From positions 53,503 to 117,502 of IMG/VR virus record IMGVR_UViG_3300043411_001314: a stretch of DNA of 64,000 nt; one strand, 5' to 3'. This DNA is from a virus. Positions 56,120 to 63,932 of the stretch are shown here, piece after piece. The translations under genes were made by a program, and so were the position numbers. How positions within the stretch are numbered: the first letter of the stretch is position 1; each line of letters opens with the position of its first letter. The notes below the pieces were generated by a model that saw only the letters and a list, made by a program, of their open reading frames with translations, ran no database searches and was not told where the DNA came from.

Positions 56120-56635
56120 TCAGCTCTCCTTCTCGACGCCGATGAGCTGTGCCGCCAGGTTGGTGACCTCGGCGACGACGTAGGGCAGGTCCCGGTAGGT
56201 CCCGTACCCAGTGAAGCTGTCGAACCCGTAGCCGGGCATCATGTCGCCGGAGTGACCGCAGTCGAACCCGAACCACCAGACCGGGCGGCCGTCGTCAGCC
56301 AGGTGGCAGATGGAGTCCTCGCGGTCGCCGTCCTCGTCGCACCCGGCGGCGAAGGTGATGCCACCGTGGACGTCCAGGCGGTGGTCGGGGCTGTGGTCAC
56401 ACCAGGTCTCGGCGCACTGGATGTGCCTGGTGCAGTCGGAGTAGCCCTTGCCGTGCCACGGATGCCCCTCGGGGACGCCGACGTAGCCGCAGAGCGCCCC
56501 ACCGCCACCTCGGCGGATCATGGCGTCCAGGCCGGTGGCCTCGTCGACCCACACGGCCTTGTCGGGCTCGGCATCCCAGGGCCCGGCCGGCCAGCCGGTA
56601 CGGTCCACGGTGCGGTACTCCTCAGTGAAGTTCAC
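56120..56635 (-). CDS. hypothetical phage protein
   Basis: CGYVGVPEGHP...VHGGITF...WWFGFDCGH. Confidence 0.8.
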   Translation of the reverse strand: MNFTEEYRTVDRTGWPAGPWDAEPDKAVWVDEATGLDAMIRRGGGGALCGYVGVPEGHPWHGKGYSDCTRHIQCAETWCDHSPDHRLDVHGGITFAAGCDEDGDREDSICHLADDGRPVWWFGFDCGHSGDMMPGYGFDSFTGYGTYRDLPYVVAEVTNLAAQLIGVEKES

Positions 56636-56910
56636 AGCCACTCCTTCGGGGTGGGGCGGGCCACGATGACCAGCGCCGATGGTGCTTCCGCCAGGTTCGC
56701 CCACTTGTCGCTCGCCGGCAGGAACTTCTCGGCCGGGGCCCAAGGCCCGTAGCGGGGCGTCACCGAGTTGGAGCCACCGTCACCGAGCCAGATGTCCCAG
56801 TGCTCACCCTGCATGGACCGTTCGTACAGGAACCCGACGGTGACGAGCACCGCGTCCTTCGCCGGGAGGGACCGGCGGGTCTGATGGGGTGCGATCAGGG
56901 TCGTCATCAT
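56632..56910 (-). CDS. hypothetical protein
   Basis: Coupled. Confidence 0.6.
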   Translation of the reverse strand: MMTTLIAPHQTRRSLPAKDAVLVTVGFLYERSMQGEHWDIWLGDGGSNSVTPRYGPWAPAEKFLPASDKWANLAEAPSALVIVARPTPKEWL

Positions 56911-57242
56911 GCCCGGGCCGCCTTCTCGGTCTCACGGATGAACGTGACGTCCACCGTGGGATCGACGTGGAGCTCCCGGTCGATGGGGGTGTGGAACCCG
57001 GCCCGCTCGAGCTTGATGGCCCGCCGGCCGGCCTCGGCGTGGGCGTCGTACCCGTTCGGGTCCCGGTTGGCGGCCTTCTCGTGGGTGTAGCGCAGCGACA
57101 CCTGGGTGATGTAGCTGACCTCGTTGCCCTCGTCGTCGAACAGACCGGGCTTGTGGATGGTGACCTCGTAGATGCGGACGATCTCGGTGCGAGTCTCGTC
57201 GAGGTTGAGCGGACGCTCGTTGAGTAGGACGGATGCGGACAT
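56907..57242 (-). CDS. hypothetical protein
   Basis: AGAGGA RBS. Confidence 0.7.
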   Translation of the reverse strand: MSASVLLNERPLNLDETRTEIVRIYEVTIHKPGLFDDEGNEVSYITQVSLRYTHEKAANRDPNGYDAHAEAGRRAIKLERAGFHTPIDRELHVDPTVDVTFIRETEKAARA

Positions 57243-57288
57243 GATTGGTTCCTCTTTCGTTGGGATGGGGATGGATTGGCGGGTTAGA

Positions 57289-57564
57289 TCATGACGGAAC
57301 CGGCCCGTCGTAGGGGAGACCGGCGAGCACTCGACGGGCCTCCCGGCGGTACGCCTTGCGGGCGTCGGTCAGGTTGTCGAACGTCTGCCAGGACTCACGG
57401 ATGTAGCCGAACCGGGTGCCGGACGTGTGGTGCCGGCGAACATGCCAGCATCCTTCGAGCCAGAGCCGGACGCCCTCGACGGGGCCATCGGTCTCCTCGA
57501 TGTAGCCGCAGGCGAAGCCGTAGACCGTGACGGTGCCCGATGGGTTGGTGATGGCGGTGTTCAT
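57289..57564 (-). CDS. hypothetical protein
   Basis: T.YGFACGYIE motif, coupled. Confidence 0.7.
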   Translation of the reverse strand: MNTAITNPSGTVTVYGFACGYIEETDGPVEGVRLWLEGCWHVRRHHTSGTRFGYIRESWQTFDNLTDARKAYRREARRVLAGLPYDGPVPS

Positions 57565-58268
57565 GCGAGCCTCCCGGCGTGCAGGTACTGGTCGTGCATG
57601 AGCGGGGCGAACTCGGAGAGGTCGAGCAGCTCACAGATGAAGTCCAGGTCGTCGGCGATGTCGCAGACGGGGCCCGACCAGTCGATGGCCCGCCAGGTGC
57701 GGGTCACGTCGTCGATGAACTCCTGCTCGATGCCAGCCTTGCGGGCGATGTCGACGGCCCGCTCGTAGGTCAGGGCGGGGCACACCCCGAGCCGGCGAGC
57801 CTGCTCGGGATCGAGCTCGAGCTCGTCGGCGATCTCCTCGTTGACGGTCCGTCGCTCGCTCCGCGCCTGGTCGAGCATGGCGGCGATCCTCTCGGCCTCG
57901 ATGGCGGCCCAGTGGATGCGGGCCAGGTAGTTGTCGTCGTCGAGCCCGTCGCACCGCTCGGCGATCCAGTCACGCTCTCGCACCGCGTCGCTGAGGGAGC
58001 CGTTGCCGATCTCGTCGAACCATGCCTCGAAGGTCTCGTCGGCGGAGATGGCGTCGATCGCCACCAGCTTGTCCCACTTCTCCCAGTACCGCCGGGCCAG
58101 CCGATCCACCCGTGCGATGGCTTCTCGCAGGGTCATGTCGGGCCCGCCGTCCTCGCACGCTCCACACATGAAGTCGTAGCCGCAGCCGCCGACGTACCGC
58201 CCGTGCTTGCAGTGGTCGGCGGCTCCGTTGGCGTGGTAGGTGCCGTCGATGTTGGTGACGATGGTCAT
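57561..58268 (-). CDS. hypothetical protein
   Basis: CKHGRYVGGCG.DFMCGACE; GAGGAGG RBS. Confidence 0.75.
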   Translation of the reverse strand: MTIVTNIDGTYHANGAADHCKHGRYVGGCGYDFMCGACEDGGPDMTLREAIARVDRLARRYWEKWDKLVAIDAISADETFEAWFDEIGNGSLSDAVRERDWIAERCDGLDDDNYLARIHWAAIEAERIAAMLDQARSERRTVNEEIADELELDPEQARRLGVCPALTYERAVDIARKAGIEQEFIDDVTRTWRAIDWSGPVCDIADDLDFICELLDLSEFAPLMHDQYLHAGRLA

Positions 58269-58280
58269 GTCGGTGCCTCC

Positions 58281-58496
58281 TCAGGCGTTGGTGGGGATGG
58301 GGGCGTCCATGCCATCCGGCAGGATCGAGTTGGGGGTGGCGGCCGGGTGGATGTGGCCGCCGGTGATGTTGTGACGGGGGCAGACGTCGTAGCGTCCCAT
58401 GAAGCCGGCCCGTGAGTACTCGGCGTTCTCCATGCATGGCGTGTAGTCGCCGTTCAGCATCGAACAGCGGGGATGAGCGGTCTCTGGCGTGGTCAA
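58281..58496 (-). CDS. small hypothetical protein
   Basis: GGAGAGG RBS, TTG start. Confidence 0.5.
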   Translation of the reverse strand: MTTPETAHPRCSMLNGDYTPCMENAEYSRAGFMGRYDVCPRHNITGGHIHPAATPNSILPDGMDAPIPTNA

Positions 58497-58600
58497 CGGT
58501 TCCTCTCCTTCCCGATCCCGAGGATCAGATAGGCGATGGACATGGACAGCAGGATGATGGCGGGAGCGGCGTCCCACCCGGTGACGATGGCGTACATGGG

Positions 58601-58867
58601 TTATCCCTCCCCGCAGATCATGGCGATGGCCCCGTCAGCGGTCTCGTCGGTGTCCCCGACGCAGACCCAACGGTTCGGGTCGTTGACGGCCGTGTCCGGG
58701 TTGAGCTTGGTGATGTAGTTGCCGAACGTGTTGTCGAACACGGACAACCCGAGCGTGGCGTGCCCTTGCGGGAGCGCCAGGTGGACGTGGATGCCTCGCA
58801 GGTCACCCCAGCCGGAGTCGTCGTCGATCGGCTCGATCCAGGTGCCGAAGTGGTCAGCCCAGCTCAT
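58601..58867 (-). CDS. hypothetical protein
   Basis: 88-aa ORF in gene train. Confidence 0.6.
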   Translation of the reverse strand: MSWADHFGTWIEPIDDDSGWGDLRGIHVHLALPQGHATLGLSVFDNTFGNYITKLNPDTAVNDPNRWVCVGDTDETADGAIAMICGEG

Positions 58868-58868
58868 G

Positions 58869-59144
58869 TCAGCGACCCCCCGCCCGGACCCAGCCGGTCT
58901 CGGTCTCGACCCACTCGTCTCGGTACTCGTAGGCGTCCCAGTCGCCGAGCATCACGAGGAACGATGCCAGGTCGGTGATGTCACCCATCTCGACGTCGGC
59001 CCGCTCCTCGCACAGGACCCGGATGGCCCCGATGCTGGTGGGCAGGTACTTCTCGATGGTGCGCTGCAACACGTAGCCGCTGCAGCGGTACACCCCGTGG
59101 CCGGGGATGTTGGCGGAGATGATGGTCTCGGTGGGGTTGGTCAT
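58869..59144 (-). CDS. hypothetical protein
   Basis: GAGGAGG RBS. Confidence 0.7.
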   Translation of the reverse strand: MTNPTETIISANIPGHGVYRCSGYVLQRTIEKYLPTSIGAIRVLCEERADVEMGDITDLASFLVMLGDWDAYEYRDEWVETETGWVRAGGR

Positions 59145-59156
59145 GTCGGTGCCTCC

Positions 59157-59363
59157 TCAGGCGGTGATGGTGATGGTCCTCAGGTGGGCCTCGATGGCCT
59201 CCCAGTGGCGGACCATGGAGCGGGCGGTGTCCTCGTCCCCTCCCGGTTCGTCCATCGCCCGTTCCCATGACGATTGGATGGCGATGGCAGCCTCGATGGC
59301 GGCTGCGACGGACCCCTCGGTCAAGGCGAGCCGCATGGCTTCTTCAGAGATGCTCTTGGGCAT
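59157..59363 (-). CDS. hypothetical protein
   Basis: AAGGAGG RBS (MPKSIS...). Confidence 0.65.
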   Translation of the reverse strand: MPKSISEEAMRLALTEGSVAAAIEAAIAIQSSWERAMDEPGGDEDTARSMVRHWEAIEAHLRTITITA

Positions 59364-59491
59364 GACGTGCCCTCCTTCCGGGCGTTGGGTGATGCGGTTG
59401 ATGCGGGCCCCACCACTGAGGGTGGGGCGATGGGGACCCGCAGACGGGAACCGAAGGCTGCTCACTCACCTCGGCCCCGTGTTGATGGAAG

Positions 59492-59728
59492 CTAGAGCCG
59501 AAGCTCCTCCTCCTCGATCTCTCCGATGAGCTCACTAACGATGGCGGTGAGCAGCCCTCCAGGTCTGGCCGCGAGGCTGCTCACCTTGGCGAGGTGAGCA
59601 GCACCGCAGGATCCCCTGGTGCACTCGATCATCACCTTCCCGAACTCAGCTTCCTCGATGGTCAGCAGTACCCCGAAGGCTGTTGCCTCCGCACGGGCCT
59701 GCTCGATCTGTACCTGGGGCACGAACAT
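59492..59728 (-). CDS. hypothetical protein
   Basis: AAAGGAGG RBS (MFVPQV...). Confidence 0.65.
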   Translation of the reverse strand: MFVPQVQIEQARAEATAFGVLLTIEEAEFGKVMIECTRGSCGAAHLAKVSSLAARPGGLLTAIVSELIGEIEEEELRL

Positions 59729-59751
59729 GGCCCCTCCTTTCGATGTGATAG

Positions 59752-59822
59752 TGGTCCTGGAGAGAATCGAACTCCCACTGAGCGGTTGCCCGCTCGCCCC
59801 CACCGACTGGGGATTCAGGACC
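59752..59822 (-). ncRNA. tRNA-like RNA lacking an anticodon loop
   Basis: GGUCCUG/CAGGACC acceptor, D arm, GAGCGG-GCAA-CCGCUC, GGGAG-UUCGAUU-CUCUC T arm. Confidence 0.75.
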
Positions 59823-59831
59823 CAGTTCCCA

Positions 59832-60116
59832 TTAGGCGACGACTGCCGCCGATGGGAAGGCTTGTAGGACGAGGGCGATGATCTCCGCCACATCCTCGTC
59901 CGTCGCGTCGTCGTAGGTGGTGACGCTCGTGATGCCGTTGCAGCACGAGTAGTACCACTCGATGCGGTGGACGAGGACGTCGATGCGGTACGCACCGTTG
60001 CAGACCTCGCACGGGCAGGGCAACGATTCGAGGGCGGCGTCGAAGGCGTCGTCCTCCCAGTCGATGCCGGTGAACTTGACCTCTCGGGTCGGTTCGTCGT
60101 CGTCGATGTCTGTCAT
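59832..60116 (-). CDS. hypothetical protein
   Basis: CxCxxC...CC, 94 aa. Confidence 0.6.
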   Translation of the reverse strand: MTDIDDDEPTREVKFTGIDWEDDAFDAALESLPCPCEVCNGAYRIDVLVHRIEWYYSCCNGITSVTTYDDATDEDVAEIIALVLQAFPSAAVVA

Positions 60117-60120
60117 GGGC

Positions 60121-60495
60121 TTACCTGTCTTTCTTCATGGTGCCGATGAGCCAGCACCGGAACCGTTCGGCACGCTTCCGGTCAGGGTCGAGATCCTGGG
60201 CTGCGGTCATCAGAACGATGGCCTGCTCACGGAGATCCTCCGCCAGTGAACGATCTCGCTGGCGCTTGGTGCCCCAGTACTCCTTGGTGATGGTGACGTC
60301 GAAGGTGGCGACGCTCCGGGGATAGGTGAACCCGAAGGCGTCCTCGTCCTCCCACTCCTGCCTCACTTGCCCCACCCCGACTCCACTCGCCGGGTCTGGT
60401 TCATCCGGTCCCGGTAGTTCCAGTCGATGGCGATGCCGTGGATCGGCATGGCCGCCGTCCGGGGATGCTTGGGCTTCATCTGCTCTCGCAGCCAT
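60121..60495 (-). CDS. hypothetical protein (start uncertain)
   Basis: C-terminal half protein-like. Confidence 0.45.
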   Translation of the reverse strand: MAARADEAQASPDGGHADPRHRHRLELPGPDEPDPASGVGVGQVRQEWEDEDAFGFTYPRSVATFDVTITKEYWGTKRQRDRSLAEDLREQAIVLMTAAQDLDPDRKRAERFRCWLIGTMKKDR

Positions 60496-60515
60496 TCATA
60501 CATGGCGATGCCTCC

Positions 60516-60782
60516 TCAGGCGATGTTGCGGATGGTGAGACCGTTCGGCCGGCTCATGGCGGCCTTCGCCCGGTGCCGCGCCTTGTAGGGCTGCGATGCC
60601 ACGAACGATGCGATGCCGGCCAGCCAGCCCAGCTCGGGCGGTGTCACCGGATCGCGGTAGACGATGGGGAGGCTGTAGACGTCAGCCTCCCAGTCCAGGT
60701 AGTCAAGCTCGCTGTCCTCCAGCGATACGCCGATGGTGTCGGCGATGCTCACAGCACGCCGCAGTTCCTCGATGGTGTCCAT
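60516..60782 (-). CDS. hypothetical protein
   Basis: AAAGGAGG RBS. Confidence 0.7.
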   Translation of the reverse strand: MDTIEELRRAVSIADTIGVSLEDSELDYLDWEADVYSLPIVYRDPVTPPELGWLAGIASFVASQPYKARHRAKAAMSRPNGLTIRNIA

Positions 60783-60843
60783 CGTGGCCTCCTTTGGGTG
60801 ATGGGATCATTCCCCGGCCGGAGCCGGAGAAAGGTCACATCCG

Positions 60844-61116
60844 CCAAACGATACGAGCCTTCACCAAACGATATGAGCCGACACGTTCGGCGGTCCGCCC
60901 TGCTGACCAGGTGAACGGGGTGCGATGGGTCACCTTGCGCCACCTGAAGTGGCATGAACGATACGAGCCACGGTCACTCCGCACCCGGCCATCCCGGATA
61001 TGAGGGGATGGGCGTGATGCCTGTTGTGGTAACCGTGTTGGCCCGCTCGAAAGCTAGGGGTGATACCGCAAGAACCGAGTCCGGCCAAACGATAGGACGG
61101 ACCGCCAAACGATATG
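60844..61116. repeat. five direct CCAAACGATA(YGAGCC)-type boxes
   Basis: Copies at 60844, 60864, ~60954 (degenerate), 61085, 61105. Confidence 0.8.
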
Positions 61117-61123
61117 TCGTTGT

Positions 61124-61666
61124 GGTCCCAACCGCCCTGGGGCACCCCCAACCTTACGGATGGGGATAACCCGACGAGCTACTACAGGTCGTTCTTGCTG
61201 AGGATGCGGGGGCCGGAGGACGACGCACCACGGATGCAGCCGTCGATGTTGTACGTCGACGGCCCCATCTCGGTGAACCGCACCTGCAGGACCTTCTCGC
61301 CGTAGCCGTCGATGGTGACCTTGCCGGAGCCGCGGACTCGCCGCTGCCCCTTCTCCGTCACGTCCAGCTTCAGCGGGATGGTGACCCCACCGACCGAGAC
61401 GGCCTTCGGGAGCTCCGAGATGACCTCGGAGCTCACGTTCACGCCGTACTTGTTGTAGTACCGCGTGCCGTCGGCCTTCCGGTTGGTGATGCCCCAGTAG
61501 GTGTTGCCGTTGCGAGCCGTCAGCTGACGGAGCGGAAGGACGTCACCCGTGTTGGTCGTCACCTCGATGACCTCGGTGTTGTTGCTCATTGGACTGCTCC
61601 TTTTGGCACCTCCAGGGGCCCTGTATTGGGCCTGGTGGCTGGTGATGCCCCAGAGCGGTCGGGACC
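61124..61666 (-). repeat. 30-bp imperfect inverted repeat enclosing ORF 61182-61589
   Basis: 61124-61153 vs 61637-61666, 25/30 identical; 4 of 5 differences are G-U pairs on the minus-strand RNA. Confidence 0.85.
61182..61589 (-). CDS. hypothetical beta-rich basic protein
   Basis: AAAAGGAG RBS, strongly biased codons, 135 aa. Confidence 0.85.
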   Translation of the reverse strand: MSNNTEVIEVTTNTGDVLPLRQLTARNGNTYWGITNRKADGTRYYNKYGVNVSSEVISELPKAVSVGGVTIPLKLDVTEKGQRRVRGSGKVTIDGYGEKVLQVRFTEMGPSTYNIDGCIRGASSSGPRILSKNDL

Positions 61667-61670
61667 GTTC

Positions 61671-62240
61671 GTGAAGTCCGGGTGGCTTGCCATCTGACCG
61701 ACTCCGCCCCTTCCAAGCCCGGGTAGGTTCTCTTCCCTAAGCGAGGGGGTGCGTGAGCCAAGGGGTCGGCAAGCGGCCCTTTCTCCACTCCTGGTACTTC
61801 ACACTTCCCGTCTCCTCCCGATGTCTCCAAGGTTTCCCGATGCCAGGGGTGGCAGCTGAAGGTAAGGACCCTTCGTCAACTTGCCCCGTAGGGCGCGTAA
61901 ACACACTGCCCCTGACGCCTCGACCCATTCCGAGCCGGGTTGGTAGGTAGTTTCGTACCAGGTCGATTGCTCGGCCCCAGGTAGCTTCCGGGTTAGCTCT
62001 CAAGCAATCTTTCGGATCGGCGTAGTGTCCTCGCCGTCCTCAAACCCTGCGATGATCGAGACCTCAGGTATGGCACACCTGTTCTCCTCGAGGTGCCCGG
62101 TGTCCGTTGCCGGAGATGGGTTGACCTCAAAGCGGGTGGATCTCGCTTCGCACGACCGGGCTTGTCTCTGCCTCGGTGTAAAGGGGATTCGCCCTTGCCT
62201 GGCACGGACCCAGGTTTAGGGCTAGCTGGTCTCTTGCTAC
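61671..62240 (-). ncRNA. candidate large structured non-coding RNA (~570 nt)
   Basis: No credible ORF; more than 15 nested helices with G-U pairs, GNRA and UACG tetraloops and A-rich linkers on the minus strand. Confidence 0.65.
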
Positions 62241-62408
62241 CGCTCGACGTCGAGCGTCGAACGGACCAGCACGGCACCGGCACCACTCGACGTCGAGCGT
62301 CGAGCGGCTGGCACCGGCACCGGAGCCGCCGGAGCGGCACCGGCACCAGCACCAGCCAGCAACCACACAATCCGGCAAGCGAGCGACCGGCTCGACCGTG
62401 CCGTAACA

Positions 62409-62500
62409 ATCGGGACCCGATCCACCATGAAACACCATGAAAGTTTGTGAGTTTCGTAATGGTTTCGTAACGTAAACGTGAGGTTTCGTCACAGTTCGCG
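62409..62500. promoter_or_regulatory. AT-rich divergence point with short phased repeats
   Basis: CACCATGAAA x2; GTTTCGT at 62451, 62462, 62483; strand switch. Confidence 0.5.
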
Positions 62501-62549
62501 GACTAGAGTGGCGCTTGCAAGTCACCCACCAGCCAGGAAGGCACCAGCC

Positions 62550-63932
62550 ATGACAACCACCAGCACCAGGACCACCAGCAAGCGAGGCTCCGGCAAGGCT
62601 CGACCGGAGCGGCTCCGGCTCGACGTCGAGCCGGTGCCGGAGCACTGGCCAGCCGCCAGCAAGTCGAGCACCCTCGGGGAGCACGTCGCTTGGGTGCCGA
62701 GCACTGGCCAGCGCTGGCACGGCACCGACTCGACGACCCCGGACGGCGCGGCCATCGTCGGGTGTCACTTGCCGTGGCCACTGGACATGACGGGGAGCAA
62801 GCGAGTCTCGACGGCACTGGCTCGGAAGTTCGTCGGTGTCCTCTCGACGGACGTCCGACCGGAGCGACTGGAACAACTCGGCACACTGGCTCAATGGCAG
62901 CTTGCCGGAATCGGTGCCGTCACCGTGATCCGAGCACGTCGAGCCGGAGCGAGCGACCAGGACATCGCGCTTGCCGTGGCGAAGGCATGGCCAGAGGTGG
63001 CGCGAGCGCTCACCACGGCGCGCCAGCGCTCGGATGCTCGGAAGAACACAACGGCACGCGGCGAGCGCGGTCGAGCGGCTCGCGCCGTCGTGACGGCGAC
63101 CGCTTGCCGGTGCCGTCCCGACTCGGACGGCACCGTCCGGCGGCACCGTTGCATCCTGGCCATGCTCCGGCGCCCACTGGCCAGCACGTCGACCGCTCGA
63201 CGCTCGACCGCTCCGGTCGCCATCGTGCCGGTCGAGCACCGGAGCCAGTGGCAAGCGCTCCGGCTCGACGTCGAGCGGCTCCGGCTCGACGTCGAGTCGG
63301 CACGGTCGAGCGTCGAGCGCTGGCACGGTCGAGCCGGAGCGGCTCGCTCGCTGCTGGTCGACGTCGAGCACCAGGACTCGACCGCTCCGGCTGGCACGGT
63401 CGAGCACGTCGAGCGGCTCCGGCTCGACGTCGAGCGGCTCCGGCTCGACGTGCTCGCGACGGACCAGGACGTCGAGCGGCTCCGGCAAGCGGTCGAGTCG
63501 AGCGAGCCGGTCGAGCGCTCGACGTCGACGCTCCGGCTCGACTCGCTCGACTCGCTCGACTCGCTCGACGTCGAGCGTCGAGCGGTCGACGTCGAGCGGC
63601 TCCGGCTCGACGGCATCCGGCTCCGCTACCGGAGCAAGCGGCTCGGCAAGCTTGCCGACTCGCTCGACGTCGAGCGGCTCCGGCTCGCTGGCACGGTCGA
63701 GCCGGAGCGGCTGGCTCCGGTCGACGTCGAGCACCAGGACGTCGAGCGGCTCCGGCTCGACGTGCTGGCCAGTGAGCGAGCCGAGCGGCTGGCTCGGCTC
63801 CGGCTCGGCTCGCTGGCCGGTCGCTCCGGTGCTCGACGTCGAGCGCTCGACGCTCGACGTCGAGCGCTCCGGCTCGACGTGCTGGCCAGCGGCTCCGGCA
63901 CCGGCTCGACCGTGCTCGACTCGCTCGACTGA
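62550..63932 (+). CDS. hypothetical protein with VERLRLD repeats
   Basis: AGGAAGG RBS, ATG, terminator after stop; N-terminal half protein-like. Confidence 0.55.
   Translation: MTTTSTRTTSKRGSGKARPERLRLDVEPVPEHWPAASKSSTLGEHVAWVPSTGQRWHGTDSTTPDGAAIVGCHLPWPLDMTGSKRVSTALARKFVGVLSTDVRPERLEQLGTLAQWQLAGIGAVTVIRARRAGASDQDIALAVAKAWPEVARALTTARQRSDARKNTTARGERGRAARAVVTATACRCRPDSDGTVRRHRCILAMLRRPLASTSTARRSTAPVAIVPVEHRSQWQALRLDVERLRLDVESARSSVERWHGRAGAARSLLVDVEHQDSTAPAGTVEHVERLRLDVERLRLDVLATDQDVERLRQAVESSEPVERSTSTLRLDSLDSLDSLDVERRAVDVERLRLDGIRLRYRSKRLGKLADSLDVERLRLAGTVEPERLAPVDVEHQDVERLRLDVLASERAERLARLRLGSLAGRSGARRRALDARRRALRLDVLASGSGTGSTVLDSLD

Noticed and set aside
61080-62240. Group II intron (ORF looped out as in domain IV; faint likeness to IIC 5' ends)
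   Set aside because: No domain V/VI after the closing helix, no RT/maturase and no interrupted exon
61671-62240. tmRNA or RNase P RNA
   Set aside because: No tRNA-like ends or T-loop, no tag frame, no GAGGAAAGUCC P4 motif
278-63734. Long antisense or alternate-frame ORFs (e.g. 278-1501, 7840-9083, 36492-37931, 37898-39454, 39704-41194, 62127-63734)
   Set aside because: Shadow ORFs expected from high GC3 or palindromic low-complexity DNA; no RBS or motifs
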